Assembly (NCBI GenBank): GCA_963748015.1
Contig: CAVVHE010000004.1
Location: forward strand, 704,001-768,000
Direction: 5' to 3'
Length of the DNA stretch: 64,000 nucleotides
Source: Terriglobia bacterium
GTDB taxonomy: Bacteria > Acidobacteriota > Polarisedimenticolia > Polarisedimenticolales > JAIQFR01
Made by a program: the position numbers and the translations under genes
The notes under the pieces: generated by a model
What the model was told of the DNA's origin: nothing
Databases searched by the model: none
Seen by the model: only the letters and a program-made list of their open reading frames with translations
Part shown: one piece after another, positions 1 to 10,792 of the stretch
Position numbering within the stretch: position 1 is the stretch's first letter
How the letters are laid out: each line of letters starts with the position of its first letter

Positions 1-158
1 TCGACGTTCTTCGGCGCGTAAGAATAGCTCCCATGCACGTAATACCGGCGCGTTCTATCCGTGCCACATAGGTCTCGCGCACGCGTCAATTTTGCCGGGC
101 TCCGTGCGGCTCACGGATTGAGGGGCAATTCCCTCTCCAAGCAAACCACCTGATCGAG

Positions 159-174
159 TGGCACGAAAACGGCA
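159..174 (+). promoter_or_regulatory. Putative sigma-54 (-24/-12) promoter
   Basis: TGGCACGAAAACGGCA has GG and GC at canonical spacing, 47 nt upstream of the CDS at 222. The -12 half is imperfect (CGGC rather than TTGC). Confidence 0.45.
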
Positions 175-221
175 CTTCCCTTCCCCGATCGTATCCAGGA
201 AGTTCTTGCGAGGAGAAGGTA

Positions 222-800
222 GTGTCGCCCAGGACCTCGAGTCGGATCGCTTGCGTCTTCGTCGTCGCCTGCCTACTCGGAGTCTCCTCGGCGCGCGCCG
301 GGGGCTTTGCGCTCGCGTGGGACGCCTCGGCGGGGGCCGTCGGCTACAAGGTCTACTGGGGGACGGCCGCCGGCCAGTACACCGCCAGCCGCGACGTGGG
401 CAACGTGCTCCGATTCGGCCTCGACGGTTTCGGCGATTGCACGGCCCGGTTCTTTGCGGTGTCCGCGTACGACGCCGCGGGAGAGACGGGTTACTCCGAC
501 GCTGTGAGTTGGCCGGGGCCAGTGGTGTTCGGCGAGGAGATTCATGCCGCGACGCGCGACACGTTCGGTTGGGTGACGGCGGCGGACGTGACGTTCGTGA
601 GGGGCGAGCTGTCGACGGTCGGAGACTATGGAATCAACGATTCAGGGTCTCTCTCCGGTGCCACATCGCTGACCGATGCCGTCTTGCCGTCCGAGGGTAA
701 GGGCTTCTACTACCTCCTTCGATTCGCCGGCTCCTGCGGCGTGGGAAGTTGGCAGAGCGTGCTCGGAGCCGAACCCGCAAGGGACGAATCGCTACCGTAG
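222..800 (+). CDS. Secreted protein with Fn3-like domain and divergent copy of the shared C-terminal domain
   Basis: Signal peptide, LAWDAS..GYKVYWG..FAVSAYD Fn3-like pattern, C-terminal VRGEL..GFYYLLR..CG; AGGAG upstream. Confidence 0.75.
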   Translation: MSPRTSSRIACVFVVACLLGVSSARAGGFALAWDASAGAVGYKVYWGTAAGQYTASRDVGNVLRFGLDGFGDCTARFFAVSAYDAAGETGYSDAVSWPGPVVFGEEIHAATRDTFGWVTAADVTFVRGELSTVGDYGINDSGSLSGATSLTDAVLPSEGKGFYYLLRFAGSCGVGSWQSVLGAEPARDESLP

Positions 801-864
801 TTGTGCGCCCCCGGAACCTTCGGAGGCAGCCTGTCGTACATCTAGTGTGGGGAGGGAAGAGCCC

Positions 865-1113
865 ATGAGAAACGACATCAAGAGGCTGTACCGATCTCCC
901 GAGGAGGGGCAGATCGCGGGCCTTTGCGCCGGCCTCGGCGACTTCTTTCGGGTCGATCCGGTCTTCTTTCGACTCGCCTGGGTGGCCATCACGATCATGA
1001 CGGGAATCCTGCCCGGCACGCTCGCCTATCTGATCGCGTGGTTCCTGGTGCCCCGGGAGCCGCTGTCCCGCGCGGCCGAACAGGTCGAGAACCTGAATCA
1101 GACCCGGGCGTAG
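865..1113 (+). CDS. PspC domain-containing membrane protein
   Basis: KRLYRS..IAGLCAGLGDFF.VDP..RL..YLIAW PspC signature; GGAGG RBS. Confidence 0.9.
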   Translation: MRNDIKRLYRSPEEGQIAGLCAGLGDFFRVDPVFFRLAWVAITIMTGILPGTLAYLIAWFLVPREPLSRAAEQVENLNQTRA

Positions 1114-1127
1114 CACGCGAGGGAGAA

Positions 1128-1730
1128 TTGGCAACCGACATCGAGGCAGTCATCCGAAACATCGGGTCGTGCTTCGACTTCACCGGGAAATCGGTGATCC
1201 ACGTGGGTGCCGGCGGGGGACAGTTTATCGGCTACGCCGGCAGGGCGCGCGAGGTGCTCGGAGTCGACCCTGATCCGTCGGCGGTGGAGCGGCTGAAGCA
1301 AGCGGTTCGCGAGAAGGGCCTGGAGGAACGCTTCACCGTCGTGCAGGGGGACTTCCTTGACGTGTCGGCTCGCGCGGACGTCGTGTTCTTCGAGTTCTGC
1401 CTCCACGAGATCGCCGATCCGCGCGCGGCGCTGCGTCACGCCGGCACCCTGGCGCCCGAGACCCTCATCGTCGACCCGGCGCCGGGATCCTCGTGGTCCT
1501 GGTACCTTTGCGAGGAGGAGAAGGTGCCGCGCGGCTGGGCGGCCGCCGAGGAATTCCGGCTCGCCCTGGACCGGAGATTCGAGGGCACCCAGCGCTTCCG
1601 CGATCACGCGGAGTTGGTGGCCAAGGTGCGGGTGCAGGGTGATGGGGCGATAGAGCGCGTCCAGGAGTTCGCCGCGCGCACCGACTTCACCATCGACATG
1701 CCGTACCGCGTGGCGCTGCTGGTGGGATAG
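1128..1730 (+). CDS. Class I SAM-dependent methyltransferase
   Basis: VIHVGAGGG motif I, GVDPD, GDF, LHE; TTG start after GGGAG. Confidence 0.8.
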   Translation: MATDIEAVIRNIGSCFDFTGKSVIHVGAGGGQFIGYAGRAREVLGVDPDPSAVERLKQAVREKGLEERFTVVQGDFLDVSARADVVFFEFCLHEIADPRAALRHAGTLAPETLIVDPAPGSSWSWYLCEEEKVPRGWAAAEEFRLALDRRFEGTQRFRDHAELVAKVRVQGDGAIERVQEFAARTDFTIDMPYRVALLVG

Positions 1731-1753
1731 AGGCGCGCGACGCTCGCGGCTGC

Positions 1754-2704
1754 CTAGTCCCTCCCGTAGTGCAGGATCGTGCCCGCCCCGCCGACGACGA
1801 ACACGTCGTCCGGCGAGAAGCCCCACACGCCGTTGAGGCTCTGGCCGGTTCCGGAGGACATCGGCGCCCACGCCTTGCCGTCGTAGTGCAGGAGGACGCC
1901 GTCGAACCCGACGGCGAACACGTCGGTGGGCCCGCTCCCCCACATCCTCGTCAGCAATCCGAGCTTGTCCGGCGCGACCGTCGCGCCGGCGGGCATCGGA
2001 GTCCACGTGTTGCCGTCGTAGTGCACGAGCGTGAGTCCCACGCCGCACGCGAACACGTCCCGCGCGGACGTTCCCCACACCCCCGCGAGGAACGCGGACG
2101 GCCCCATCGGCATCGGCGTCCACGAGCGGCCGTCGAAGTGCAGTACCGCGCCCCGCCCGGGCAGAGGCATGGGCTCTCCCCCGACCGCCAGGATGTGGCT
2201 CGACGACGTCCCCCAGATACCGTACAGGTCCGAGGTGGTGCCCGCCTGAATCGGTTTCCACGCCACGCCGTCGTAGTGCAGCAGCGTACCGCCGTAGCCC
2301 GCGATGAAGACGTCGCGTCCCGAGGTCCCCCAGATGCCGATCAAGTTCTGGGTCGTGCCGCTCGGCATGGCGGTCCACGCGTGCCCGTCGTAGTGGAAGA
2401 TCACGCCGCCGTCGCCGGCGGCGAAGACGTCACGGCCGGACGCGCCCCAGACCGCGACGAGGTGAGGCGCGCCGTCGACCGTCATGGGTGTCCAGTTCCG
2501 GCCGTCGAAGTGCAGGACGGTTCCCTTGCTCCCCACGGCGAACAGATCCTGCCGCGATGCACCCCAGATCCCGATGAGGCTCGCGGTCGTGCCGCTCGAC
2601 ATGGGGGACCAGGCGGGGGCCCGTTGGGGAGGGGACGGGGGCCGGCAGAAGGGGAAAAGGAGGATCCCGAGCAGTGCGGGGAGGGCTGCCGAGCGTCCGG
2701 TCAT
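1754..2704 (-). CDS. Secreted beta-propeller-like repeat protein
   Basis: Seven ~40-aa repeats (I/V)WG.S..DVFA.G..G..LHYDG..W; hydrophobic N-terminus; GGAGG RBS. Confidence 0.85.
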   Translation of the reverse strand: MTGRSAALPALLGILLFPFCRPPSPPQRAPAWSPMSSGTTASLIGIWGASRQDLFAVGSKGTVLHFDGRNWTPMTVDGAPHLVAVWGASGRDVFAAGDGGVIFHYDGHAWTAMPSGTTQNLIGIWGTSGRDVFIAGYGGTLLHYDGVAWKPIQAGTTSDLYGIWGTSSSHILAVGGEPMPLPGRGAVLHFDGRSWTPMPMGPSAFLAGVWGTSARDVFACGVGLTLVHYDGNTWTPMPAGATVAPDKLGLLTRMWGSGPTDVFAVGFDGVLLHYDGKAWAPMSSGTGQSLNGVWGFSPDDVFVVGGAGTILHYGRD

Positions 2705-3013
2705 GGTGTCCTCCACGAGCGCGGCGGTGGGGGCGGCGATGTCGAAGACCCAGCAAACGAGGTTACCCCGATGATGGGGATACGACCAGCCCGGCCGAGC
2801 ATACCCGACCGGGAGAAGCAGTGGAACCATCGACGAAAGAGCGGTCGTCTGGGAACCCTCGGCGGTGTGCTGCGATTGGAATTCGCACATGGAATTCGTC
2901 TTGTCTTGGGGGGGCTACTGCGGTATATCCGCACGCGATACCAAAACTCGTGTCACCGACCGATCACCGCTACGGGGGAGATCCGCGCCTTCGAGCACGC
3001 AGAGGAGGGTACC

Positions 3014-3484
3014 GTGACGAGACCGACAACCTGGAAGCTCGCCGTTGCGCTGGTGGCGTTTTCGACGATAGGTGTGGCGGTGGCGCAGACCGCTACGTCG
3101 CCCCAGAGCGAGCCGAAGCGCAAGGTTCAGCAGACGGAGGCCTCGTCGCCCGGCGGGGCTGCCCAGCAGGTTGCCGCGGATCCCGCGAGCGGGGAGCCTG
3201 GCGCGCCGACCGCCGAGCAGATCGGGGCGATCGAGAGGGCGGTGGCCGCGATGCTGAGCCAGTCCAGCGAGGGGCTCGAGGTGGTCGAGCTGCCCGACGG
3301 CACGCTGACCATGGACCTCGAGGGTCGGTTCCAGGAGGTCATCGTCGCCACGATAGCCCCCGACGGCACCGTGCGAGTGGGGTGCGTGAACCGGCCGGGG
3401 CAGGTCCAGGCCGCGCTCGCTCCGAAAGCGCGCGGCAGTGCGAAAAAGCCCGCCGCCGCGGCCACGCCGCTGGAGGTCGAGTAG
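3014..3484 (+). CDS. Secreted protein resembling the post-PEP-CTERM-1 domain family
   Basis: Signal peptide; DP.SGE..APT.EQ..SSEGL..LPDG..DL.GRFQ pattern recognised from memory; 3 bp upstream of the protease. Confidence 0.65.
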   Translation: MTRPTTWKLAVALVAFSTIGVAVAQTATSPQSEPKRKVQQTEASSPGGAAQQVAADPASGEPGAPTAEQIGAIERAVAAMLSQSSEGLEVVELPDGTLTMDLEGRFQEVIVATIAPDGTVRVGCVNRPGQVQAALAPKARGSAKKPAAAATPLEVE

Positions 3485-3487
3485 CCC

Positions 3488-5572
3488 ATGCGCAGGACAC
3501 CGGCTCTCCTCGCGGCGTTCGTCCTGGCGGCCGTCCTGGCCTCGCCGGCGCTCGCCTCGGCGACCATCGTCATCCAGAACAACAACGAGCCCGGCGTGGG
3601 ATTCAACGACCTCTCTCCCGCCGTCCCGGTCGGCGGCAACGGCGGAACGACGCTCGGCGAGCAGCGGCTGATCGCGTTCCAGCACGCGGCCGACATCTGG
3701 GGGGCGACGCTCGACAGCAACGCGACGATCGTCATTCTCGCCTCCTTCGAGCCGCTGACCTGCACCGACACCAGTGCCACGCTGGGCAGCGCCGGCGCGC
3801 TGAACGTCTACGCGAATTTCGCCAACGCCCCCGTCCCGAACACGTGGTATCCGGTCGCCCTGGCGAGCAGGCTCGCCGGCGTCCGGCTCCAGACCTCGCC
3901 CGACATCCGGGCCCGTTTCAACGTCAGCCTGGGCGAGCCCGGGTGCCTGACCGGTACCGGCTGGTACCTGGGGCTCGACACGAATCACGGAAACCAGATC
4001 GATCTGGTCACCGTGCTGCTGCACGAGTTCGCCCACGGTCTGGGTTTCCAGCAGTTCAGCAACCTGAACAACGGCGTCTTGCTGGGCTCGTCCACGCTCC
4101 GGCTGCCCGACGTCTACCTGCGCAAGCTCTTCGACAAGTCGCTCAACAAGTACTGGGACCAGATGAACAACCCGCAGCGCGCGGCGTCGGCCGTGAACGC
4201 GAGGCGGGTGGTGTGGGACGGTTCCCGCGTGACCGCGCGGGTGAGGGAGGTGCTATCGCCGGGCACGCCGGTTCTCTACGTGTCGTCTCCCGCGTCGACC
4301 CGCGGATACTACCCCGTCGGTAGGGCCTCGTTCGGCGCCGCGCTGTCGAGCCCGGGCGTCAGCGGCGCCCTCGTTCGCGCGCTCGACCCCGCCGACGCGG
4401 CCGGCGCGTCGACGTTCGACGCCTGCTCCCCCCTGACCAACGGCGCCGCCGTCGCGGGCAACGTGGTCCTCGTGGATCGCGGGACCTGCACGTTCGTGGT
4501 CAAGGTGAAGAACGCGCAGAACGCGGGCGCGACGGCGGTGGTGGTCGCCGACAACGCCGCCGGCTCCCCCCCGGCAGGGCTGGGAGGAAGCGACTCCACG
4601 ATCGTCATTCCCGCGGTGCGCATCACGCAGGCCGACGGTCTCACGATCAAGTCGGCGCTTCCTTCCGGCGTCGACGTCACGCTCGGGGTGGACATGACGG
4701 TGCGGCAAGGGGCGGACGAGTCGGATCGCGCGGTGATGTACGCGCCGAACCCCCTGGAGCCCGGCTCCTCGATCTCGCACTGGGAGACCATCGCCTCGCC
4801 GAACCAGCTCATGGAGCCCGCCATCAGCGGCGACCTCACCCACAGCGTGTCCGGCGTCGACCTGACGCTCGACCTGATGCGGGACATCGGGTGGTACGCG
4901 GATGCGGACCTGGACACGATCGAGGACAGCGTGGACAACTGCCCGTCGGTGGCGAATGCGGACCAGGCGAACCGCGACGGGGACGCATTCGGGGACGCCT
5001 GCGATACCGACAACGACAACGACGGCGTGGAGGATTCGGCAGACAACTGCTGGCTCGTGCCCAACCCGGACCAGGCGAACAACGACGGGGACGCTTATGG
5101 CGACGCCTGCGACGACGACGACGACAACGACGGCGTGTTGGACGTGGCGGACAACTGCCAGTTCGTGCCGAATGCCGATCAGGCGAACAACGACGAGGAT
5201 GCCTGGGGCGACGCCTGCGACGACGACGACGACAACGACACGGTCCTGGATGCGGTGGATGCCTGCCCGCTGGCAGCTCCCGCGTTGGGGCTGGACGCCG
5301 ATCGCGACGGCTGCACCGACACGCTCCCCGGGCTCAAGGGTTACGTGAGCGCCCTGCCGGCGCCGCCTTACGCGAAGAACGGCATGCTCGCGAAGCTGAC
5401 CGAGGCCGAAGGGGCGGTGGCCCGGGGCGACAGCCACGTCGCGGTGAGCAAGCTGTCCGACTTCATCAATCAGGTGGAGGGCCTGCGCGGAAGACACCTG
5501 AGCGATACGACCGCGGACCTGCTGATGCAGTACGCCTGGAACCTCATGGAGCTACTGGGAGGGGCGCTGTAG
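3488..5572 (+). CDS. Secreted zinc metalloprotease with PA domain, TSP3 Ca-binding repeats and FIMAH-like C-terminus
   Basis: HEFAHGLG zinc motif, LVDRGTCTF..KVKNAQNAGA PA motif, DNC...N.DQ.N.DGD..GDACD repeats. Confidence 0.88.
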   Translation: MRRTPALLAAFVLAAVLASPALASATIVIQNNNEPGVGFNDLSPAVPVGGNGGTTLGEQRLIAFQHAADIWGATLDSNATIVILASFEPLTCTDTSATLGSAGALNVYANFANAPVPNTWYPVALASRLAGVRLQTSPDIRARFNVSLGEPGCLTGTGWYLGLDTNHGNQIDLVTVLLHEFAHGLGFQQFSNLNNGVLLGSSTLRLPDVYLRKLFDKSLNKYWDQMNNPQRAASAVNARRVVWDGSRVTARVREVLSPGTPVLYVSSPASTRGYYPVGRASFGAALSSPGVSGALVRALDPADAAGASTFDACSPLTNGAAVAGNVVLVDRGTCTFVVKVKNAQNAGATAVVVADNAAGSPPAGLGGSDSTIVIPAVRITQADGLTIKSALPSGVDVTLGVDMTVRQGADESDRAVMYAPNPLEPGSSISHWETIASPNQLMEPAISGDLTHSVSGVDLTLDLMRDIGWYADADLDTIEDSVDNCPSVANADQANRDGDAFGDACDTDNDNDGVEDSADNCWLVPNPDQANNDGDAYGDACDDDDDNDGVLDVADNCQFVPNADQANNDEDAWGDACDDDDDNDTVLDAVDACPLAAPALGLDADRDGCTDTLPGLKGYVSALPAPPYAKNGMLAKLTEAEGAVARGDSHVAVSKLSDFINQVEGLRGRHLSDTTADLLMQYAWNLMELLGGAL

Positions 5573-5696
5573 CCTCGCGAATCGACGCTCGCCTGCTCCG
5601 CGCGCTTGCGTCGTCGAGCCTGCGGGAGGAACAGGGCGGATCGGGACGAAATCCCCCGAGTCCCCGGTGCCGTGCGCCGGTGCCGGTGTCCCTCGC

Positions 5697-5725
5697 TTGA
5701 CGGTCGCCTTCCGGAGCCGTATCTC
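5697..5725 (+). promoter_or_regulatory. Putative sigma-70 promoter
   Basis: TTGACG-N17-TATCTC upstream of the CDS at 5852. Confidence 0.35.
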
Positions 5726-5851
5726 TATGTTTCGCGCCCGTGCTCGGCGGGCCTCCCCTGCGATGAAAGCGGGTGTGCTCCTCGGTCGCCGCGGGGCGAC
5801 GAAGACGATCGCCGGGATGCAGCGCCGGCTTAGGGATACGGAGAGGTCGCC

Positions 5852-8548
5852 ATGAACGCACGACCGTCCTCGATGCGGTTCCGCGATACCGCGAACTCGA
5901 TCGCCATGATCTTGCTCGCCCTCGGCGTCGCGATGGGCGGGACCTCCTTCGCGAGCGCGCACATGGAACCGGGCGTTCAGGACGCCGGGCGAGCGTGGCT
6001 GAACGGGCTGGTGATGATCCTTCACGACCAGAAGGACCCGGCGGCGGTTCGGCAGGCGGTCGCGGACGCCGGCGGCACGATCGCGATCGAGGGTCCTGGC
6101 CTCGTCCTGGGGTGGCTACCGGAGGCCGCCACGGCGAAAGTTACAGCGCTGCCCGGGGTGCGCGGGATCCACGCGACTCCGATCGATCTCGGCGAGTCGG
6201 CCGGATTGAGCGCCGCCGCGAAACCGTTCGTCGCTTTCTTCAACGCGGTGTCGAGCGGGCAGCTGCAGGCGGAAGCCTCCGCCGCGGCGGCCGCGAAGGA
6301 AGGCGCCTTGCCGCTCGTAGGCGACGCGCTCGACGCGCCGCTCGCGAAAGACCCTGCCGCCAATGAGGTCATCGCCGCGGGCAACAGCGACACGATGTTG
6401 GGAACGGTCGCCGTCGCGTTGTTCTTCGTGGAGAGCAACGGCGCGATCGACCCCAACACCTACACGTGGAGTCCGACCGACGAACAGAACACGCTGAACA
6501 GGGCCCTCGCGGGGCTGGCGTGGTGGTCTTCCCGCGCCGCCTCGAGGGGCTTGTCGCTGTCCTTCGTTCCGGTCGTCTATGCCTCGACAAGCGCGGCGAG
6601 CCGGCAGGGGTACGAGCCGGTTCTTCACCAGAGCGGCGAGGACGGGCTCTGGATCGGCTCGATCATGAGCAGCCTCGGCTTCCCGGGGGACAAATTCTCG
6701 AGCACGCGCGCCTTCAACAGCTCGCTTCGAGCGAGCCAGGGCACCAACTGGGCCTACTCGGTCTTCATCGGGTACAACCCCGCGCCCGCATCCAGCACGT
6801 TCACCAACGGTTACTTCGCGTACGCCTACCTCGGCGGCCCGTTCACGCAGCTCCTGTTCCGCAACGACGGCTGGGGGGAGTACAACTTCGGCTTGGTCCT
6901 GACGCACGAGAGCGGCCACATCTTCTGGGCCTGCGACGAGTACTACCAGCCGGGTTACGGCGGCTGCACCTCGTGCGGGGCTTGCGCGCCCGCCGGGCCG
7001 CGGCCCAATTTCATCAACGGGAACTGCGAGTTCTGCACCGCGGCGGTCGCCTGCATGATGCGTGCGAACTCGGATGCGGTGTGCTGTTACACCGCGCTGC
7101 AAATCGGGTGGTCGGACCAGCTCGACTCGGACGGCGACGGCTACCCGGACGGCTGCGACAACTGCCGCTCCGTCCCGAACTCCGGCCAGACCGACCTCGA
7201 CGTGGACGGGATCGGGGACGCCTGCGACAACTGCAGCTCGGTCGCGAACTTCGACCAGACCGACACGGATCACGACGGCGTCGGGGAGGCTTGCGACAAC
7301 TGCCCGACGCTTCCGAATCCCGGTCAGGCGGACGTCGACTTCGACCGGATCGGAGACGTTTGCGACTCGTGCCCGCTGGATGGGGGGAACGACGTCGATC
7401 GCGACGGACTCTGCGGCAACGTGGACAACTGTCCGGTCGTTTCCAATCCCGCTCAGGCCGACGCCGACCAGGACGGATCGGGCGACGCCTGCGACAACTG
7501 TCCGACGGTGTCGAACAGCAATCAATCGGACGCCGACCACGACGGCAGCGGCGACGCCTGCGACAGCTGCACCGACACCGATGGCGACGGCCTCGGGAAT
7601 CCCGGCTTTGCCGCCAACACCTGCCCCATCGACGGGTGCCCGAACGCCTACGATCCCGGACAGGCCGACCAAGATCCGAACGGACCGGCGCTGCGCCAGT
7701 GGGCCTCGTCGGCAAGCGCCAGCAGCGAGTGGGCCGACTCGGCGATCCAGGCGACGGGGCCCCCCGACGTGCTCAGTTGCCTCGACGACGCTCTCGCCTG
7801 GGCGCCTCTCACCGATGGAGCCGACCCCGAGTGGCTCGAGGTGCGTTACGCGAGCGCGGTTCACGCGACCGGCATCGTCGTTTACGAGACCTCCGTGTTC
7901 GGTTCGGCGTACCGGGTCGAGCTGATCGACGAGCAGGGGACGTACCGCACGGTCTGGACCGGGACGGATCCTGCCGCGTGCGGGACGACTTTCTCTCCGG
8001 CCTGGACACGGACCTCGTACCCGGTCGTGGGTGCCAGGATCCACACCGCGATTGCCGGCTGGGAGGAGATCGACGCCGTCGAGCTGATCGGGACGGTTCC
8101 TCCGCCGTCGCCGGGTGACGGGGTCGGGGATGCGTGCGACAACTGCCCCACGGTCTACAACGCCGACCAGGCCGACGCGGATCAGGACGGGCGCGGCGAC
8201 GTATGCGATTGCGCGCCCGCGAGCGCCGCAGCGTGGGCGGTGCCGGCCGCGGTGACGGGGTTGGGCTGCCCCGACAAGACGGCGATCGCGTGGGACTCGA
8301 TGGCGCCGCAGGCCGGACCGATCATCGCCTACGACGTGATCCGGGGAGAACTCGCCCAGCTCGCCGCGGGAGGCGGCTCCGAGAGCTGCGTGCGCCTGTC
8401 GGTCGCCGAGGCCTCGATCGCCGACGGCACGACGCCCGTCGCGGGAACGGGGTTCTACTACCTCGTGAGGGGCGGGAACGCGTGCGGCAAGGGCTCTTAC
8501 GGGCTCAGGACCAACGGGACCGAGCGCTCCAGCGCGGCCTGTCCGTGA
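5852..8548 (+). CDS. Secreted zinc metalloprotease with TSP3 repeats and shared C-terminal domain
   Basis: [13 protein letters not shown] motif, many DxDGxGDACDNC repeats, C-terminal [25 protein letters not shown]. Confidence 0.85.
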   Translation: MNARPSSMRFRDTANSIAMILLALGVAMGGTSFASAHMEPGVQDAGRAWLNGLVMILHDQKDPAAVRQAVADAGGTIAIEGPGLVLGWLPEAATAKVTALPGVRGIHATPIDLGESAGLSAAAKPFVAFFNAVSSGQLQAEASAAAAAKEGALPLVGDALDAPLAKDPAANEVIAAGNSDTMLGTVAVALFFVESNGAIDPNTYTWSPTDEQNTLNRALAGLAWWSSRAASRGLSLSFVPVVYASTSAASRQGYEPVLHQSGEDGLWIGSIMSSLGFPGDKFSSTRAFNSSLRASQGTNWAYSVFIGYNPAPASSTFTNGYFAYAYLGGPFTQLLFRNDGWGEYNFGLVLTHESGHIFWACDEYYQPGYGGCTSCGACAPAGPRPNFINGNCEFCTAAVACMMRANSDAVCCYTALQIGWSDQLDSDGDGYPDGCDNCRSVPNSGQTDLDVDGIGDACDNCSSVANFDQTDTDHDGVGEACDNCPTLPNPGQADVDFDRIGDVCDSCPLDGGNDVDRDGLCGNVDNCPVVSNPAQADADQDGSGDACDNCPTVSNSNQSDADHDGSGDACDSCTDTDGDGLGNPGFAANTCPIDGCPNAYDPGQADQDPNGPALRQWASSASASSEWADSAIQATGPPDVLSCLDDALAWAPLTDGADPEWLEVRYASAVHATGIVVYETSVFGSAYRVELIDEQGTYRTVWTGTDPAACGTTFSPAWTRTSYPVVGARIHTAIAGWEEIDAVELIGTVPPPSPGDGVGDACDNCPTVYNADQADADQDGRGDVCDCAPASAAAWAVPAAVTGLGCPDKTAIAWDSMAPQAGPIIAYDVIRGELAQLAAGGGSESCVRLSVAEASIADGTTPVAGTGFYYLVRGGNACGKGSYGLRTNGTERSSAACP

Positions 8549-8590
8549 GGGCGCCCTCGCAGGGTCCGGCCGATCGCGCCGGCACGCGTC

Positions 8591-8899
8591 TCACTTGCGC
8601 CGCATCCCGCGCGTGAAGACCTTGCCGCTGATGATCTTGTGGGCCGGACGGCCGCCGATCATCCGGAGGCGCGCGAACTCCTGGCCGCACTGCGGACACC
8701 GCATGTCGCCTCGGGTGTGATCCTCGGCGATCCGCTCGAGGAGGCACTTGACCAGCCCGCCCGTCCCGCCCTTGTGGTAGCGGTAGAGCAGGACGCCGCA
8801 GCGGGCGCACAGGATGGCGATCGTTCGCGGTTCCACGGGTCTCGCGCTACCGGTCGGGCGGCGGCGCCGGGCTGCCTTCTTTTCCCGCGGGGGCGCCAA
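8591..8899 (-). CDS. Small basic zinc-ribbon protein
   Basis: CARC and CPQC pairs, LYRYHKGG.GGLVKC motif. Start codon uncertain. Confidence 0.7.
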   Translation of the reverse strand: MAPPREKKAARRRRPTGSARPVEPRTIAILCARCGVLLYRYHKGGTGGLVKCLLERIAEDHTRGDMRCPQCGQEFARLRMIGGRPAHKIISGKVFTRGMRRK

Positions 8900-9305
8900 G
8901 CAGCCATTTTCTCTCGGGCTCCTGGCCGATGCCGGACACGTCGACCCATGCCTGGATCAGCGCGTCATCCAGGAACACGAGAGAGAGCTGCGTCCGGGTT
9001 CTCTCGTCGGAACCGATCGGAGTTCCGAACAATCTGACCCGATTGTGCCCCTGCTGATACACCTCGTTGTAGACGAGCGTCGTGACCTGTCCATGCCGGG
9101 TGTGCTTCGCCGGAGCGCCGAACCGCGCGATCACATCCCCCTTGCTCATTCCCTCCTGGAGCACGAGAGAGAGGTCCTGGGGGAGGTCGACGCCGCCGAC
9201 GACCCCCTCCGGGGCCGGCAGGATCGAGCAGCCCACCCCGGTCAACGTCAGCGCGGCGATTGCGAGGAACGCCATCGACGGGGTGCGGTCTGCGATTGCC
9301 ATCAT
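8847..9305 (-). CDS. Lipoprotein, SmpA/BamE-like
   Basis: Lipobox-like GVGC; GMSKGDVIARFGAP motif; ATGA overlap with the upstream radical SAM gene. Confidence 0.65.
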   Translation of the reverse strand: MMAIADRTPSMAFLAIAALTLTGVGCSILPAPEGVVGGVDLPQDLSLVLQEGMSKGDVIARFGAPAKHTRHGQVTTLVYNEVYQQGHNRVRLFGTPIGSDERTRTQLSLVFLDDALIQAWVDVSGIGQEPERKWLLGAPAGKEGSPAPPPDR

Positions 9306-10705
9306 GCCTCCGGGGCGGACGCCTCGCGAGAGGGGAGGGTGCCAACAGGACGCTCCTTGGTCAAGTCCGGGGATCCGGCCGCCGGCGCGTCGCCGGCATG
9401 CGGTCCGTCGGGCCGGAGCACGTTCTCGAAGGACATCAGGCCGTCGGCGTAGCCGTTCAGCAGGAACGCGGGCAGCCGCCGGGTCGCGGCGGCGCCGACC
9501 AGGCGGCGTGCCGCCCGCCGCGGGGAGTGCAGGTCGGAGTAGGCGGCCCAGTAGGCCCGCTCGAGCTCGTGGGGCGTCATCCGGGCCGGCCGGTGGGTGA
9601 CGTGCGCCGCGTCGTGCTGCGGCCAGGGGCGGTCGAGCAGGCGTCCTGCCGCGGCCAGCTCGTTGCGCAGCGGCGTGGCCGGGAAGGGGGTGACCATGTT
9701 CAGGAACGCGAGGTCCACTCCGATCTCCTGGACCGCCTCCGGGATGAGCCGGATGGTCTCGGGGGTGTCGTCGTCGAGGCCGACGATGATACCGGCCTGT
9801 ACGGCGATTCCCGCGTCGTGGAAGGCGCGGACCGCGCGCCGGTAGTCGGCCACCTTGTTCGTTCCCTTGCGGACCTGGAGCAGGTTGGAGGCGCTGAAGC
9901 TCTCGAGCCCCACGAACACGGCAAGGCAGCCGCTCGCGGCCGCGAGCCGCAGGAGGTCCGCGTCCTGCGCCACGTCGATCGAGGCCTGGGTCCACCACCA
10001 GCGCCGGAGCGGGCGCAGCGCGGCGAAGAGGCGGCGCGCGTAGGCCCGGTCCGCGGTCAGGTTGTCGTCCCAGAACCAGACCATCTTGCGCTGCAGCCAG
10101 GAGCGACCGTCGCACGCCTCGATGTCGCGAACCACCTCCTCCACCGGCCGCGCGCGAAAGCCCCGGTCGAGCTGCTTCAGCGTGCAGAAGGTGCAATCGA
10201 AAGGGCAGCCGCGGGTCGCCTGGACGAAGCAGCGGAACTGAAAGGATTCCTCGAGGAGGTCGTAGCGGGGCGTGGGCAGGCCCGACAGCGGGAGACCGGC
10301 CGCCTGGCGGTAGATGCCGCGGAGCGCGCCTCGCTCGAAGTCGGCGAGCATCCGCGGGAACGAGAGCTCGGCGTCGCCCACCGCCACGGCGTCGGCGTGC
10401 GCCGAGGCCTCCTCCGGGCAGAGCGAGGCGTGCGTCCCGCCCAGGATCACGGCGTGGCCGCGTGCGCGCAGCCGGTCCGCTAGCTCGTACATGCGCCCCG
10501 AGCCGCCGGTGGTGGCGGTGATCGCCACGAGGTCGGCATCCACGTCCTCCGGATCCACGGCGCGGGCGTGCTCATGGCGGACCGCCACCTCGATGCCGCT
10601 CGGACAGAGGGCGGCGAGGTGGATGGCCGAAAGAGAAGGGAAACGTCGAGCGCGCTCGTCGCCCCGGAAGCGGTCCTGCCAAGCGCTGACGATCAGCACC
10701 TTCAC
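9302..10705 (-). CDS. B12-binding domain radical SAM protein
   Basis: N-terminal cobalamin-binding-like domain (VILGGTHASLCPEE), TRGCPFDCTFC, WDDN, GLES, TPFP.TP. Confidence 0.92.
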   Translation of the reverse strand: MKVLIVSAWQDRFRGDERARRFPSLSAIHLAALCPSGIEVAVRHEHARAVDPEDVDADLVAITATTGGSGRMYELADRLRARGHAVILGGTHASLCPEEASAHADAVAVGDAELSFPRMLADFERGALRGIYRQAAGLPLSGLPTPRYDLLEESFQFRCFVQATRGCPFDCTFCTLKQLDRGFRARPVEEVVRDIEACDGRSWLQRKMVWFWDDNLTADRAYARRLFAALRPLRRWWWTQASIDVAQDADLLRLAAASGCLAVFVGLESFSASNLLQVRKGTNKVADYRRAVRAFHDAGIAVQAGIIVGLDDDTPETIRLIPEAVQEIGVDLAFLNMVTPFPATPLRNELAAAGRLLDRPWPQHDAAHVTHRPARMTPHELERAYWAAYSDLHSPRRAARRLVGAAATRRLPAFLLNGYADGLMSFENVLRPDGPHAGDAPAAGSPDLTKERPVGTLPSREASAPEA

Positions 10706-10792
10706 TCAGGAAGCATACGCCGATTGCTTGGCCGCGGCCGCGAGCGTACAGTCCCGCAGTCGATCGAGCACGCCTGCGGTGCGGGGGAAATT

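Noticed and set aside
1760..2600. ~120-nt periodic repeats
   Set aside because: Coding repeats of the beta-propeller protein, not CRISPR or a mobile element.
4900..7690. Periodic GACGCCTGCGAC / GACAACTG repeats resembling an array
   Set aside because: In-frame, degenerate thrombospondin type 3 coding repeats. There are no identical repeats with unique spacers and no cas genes.
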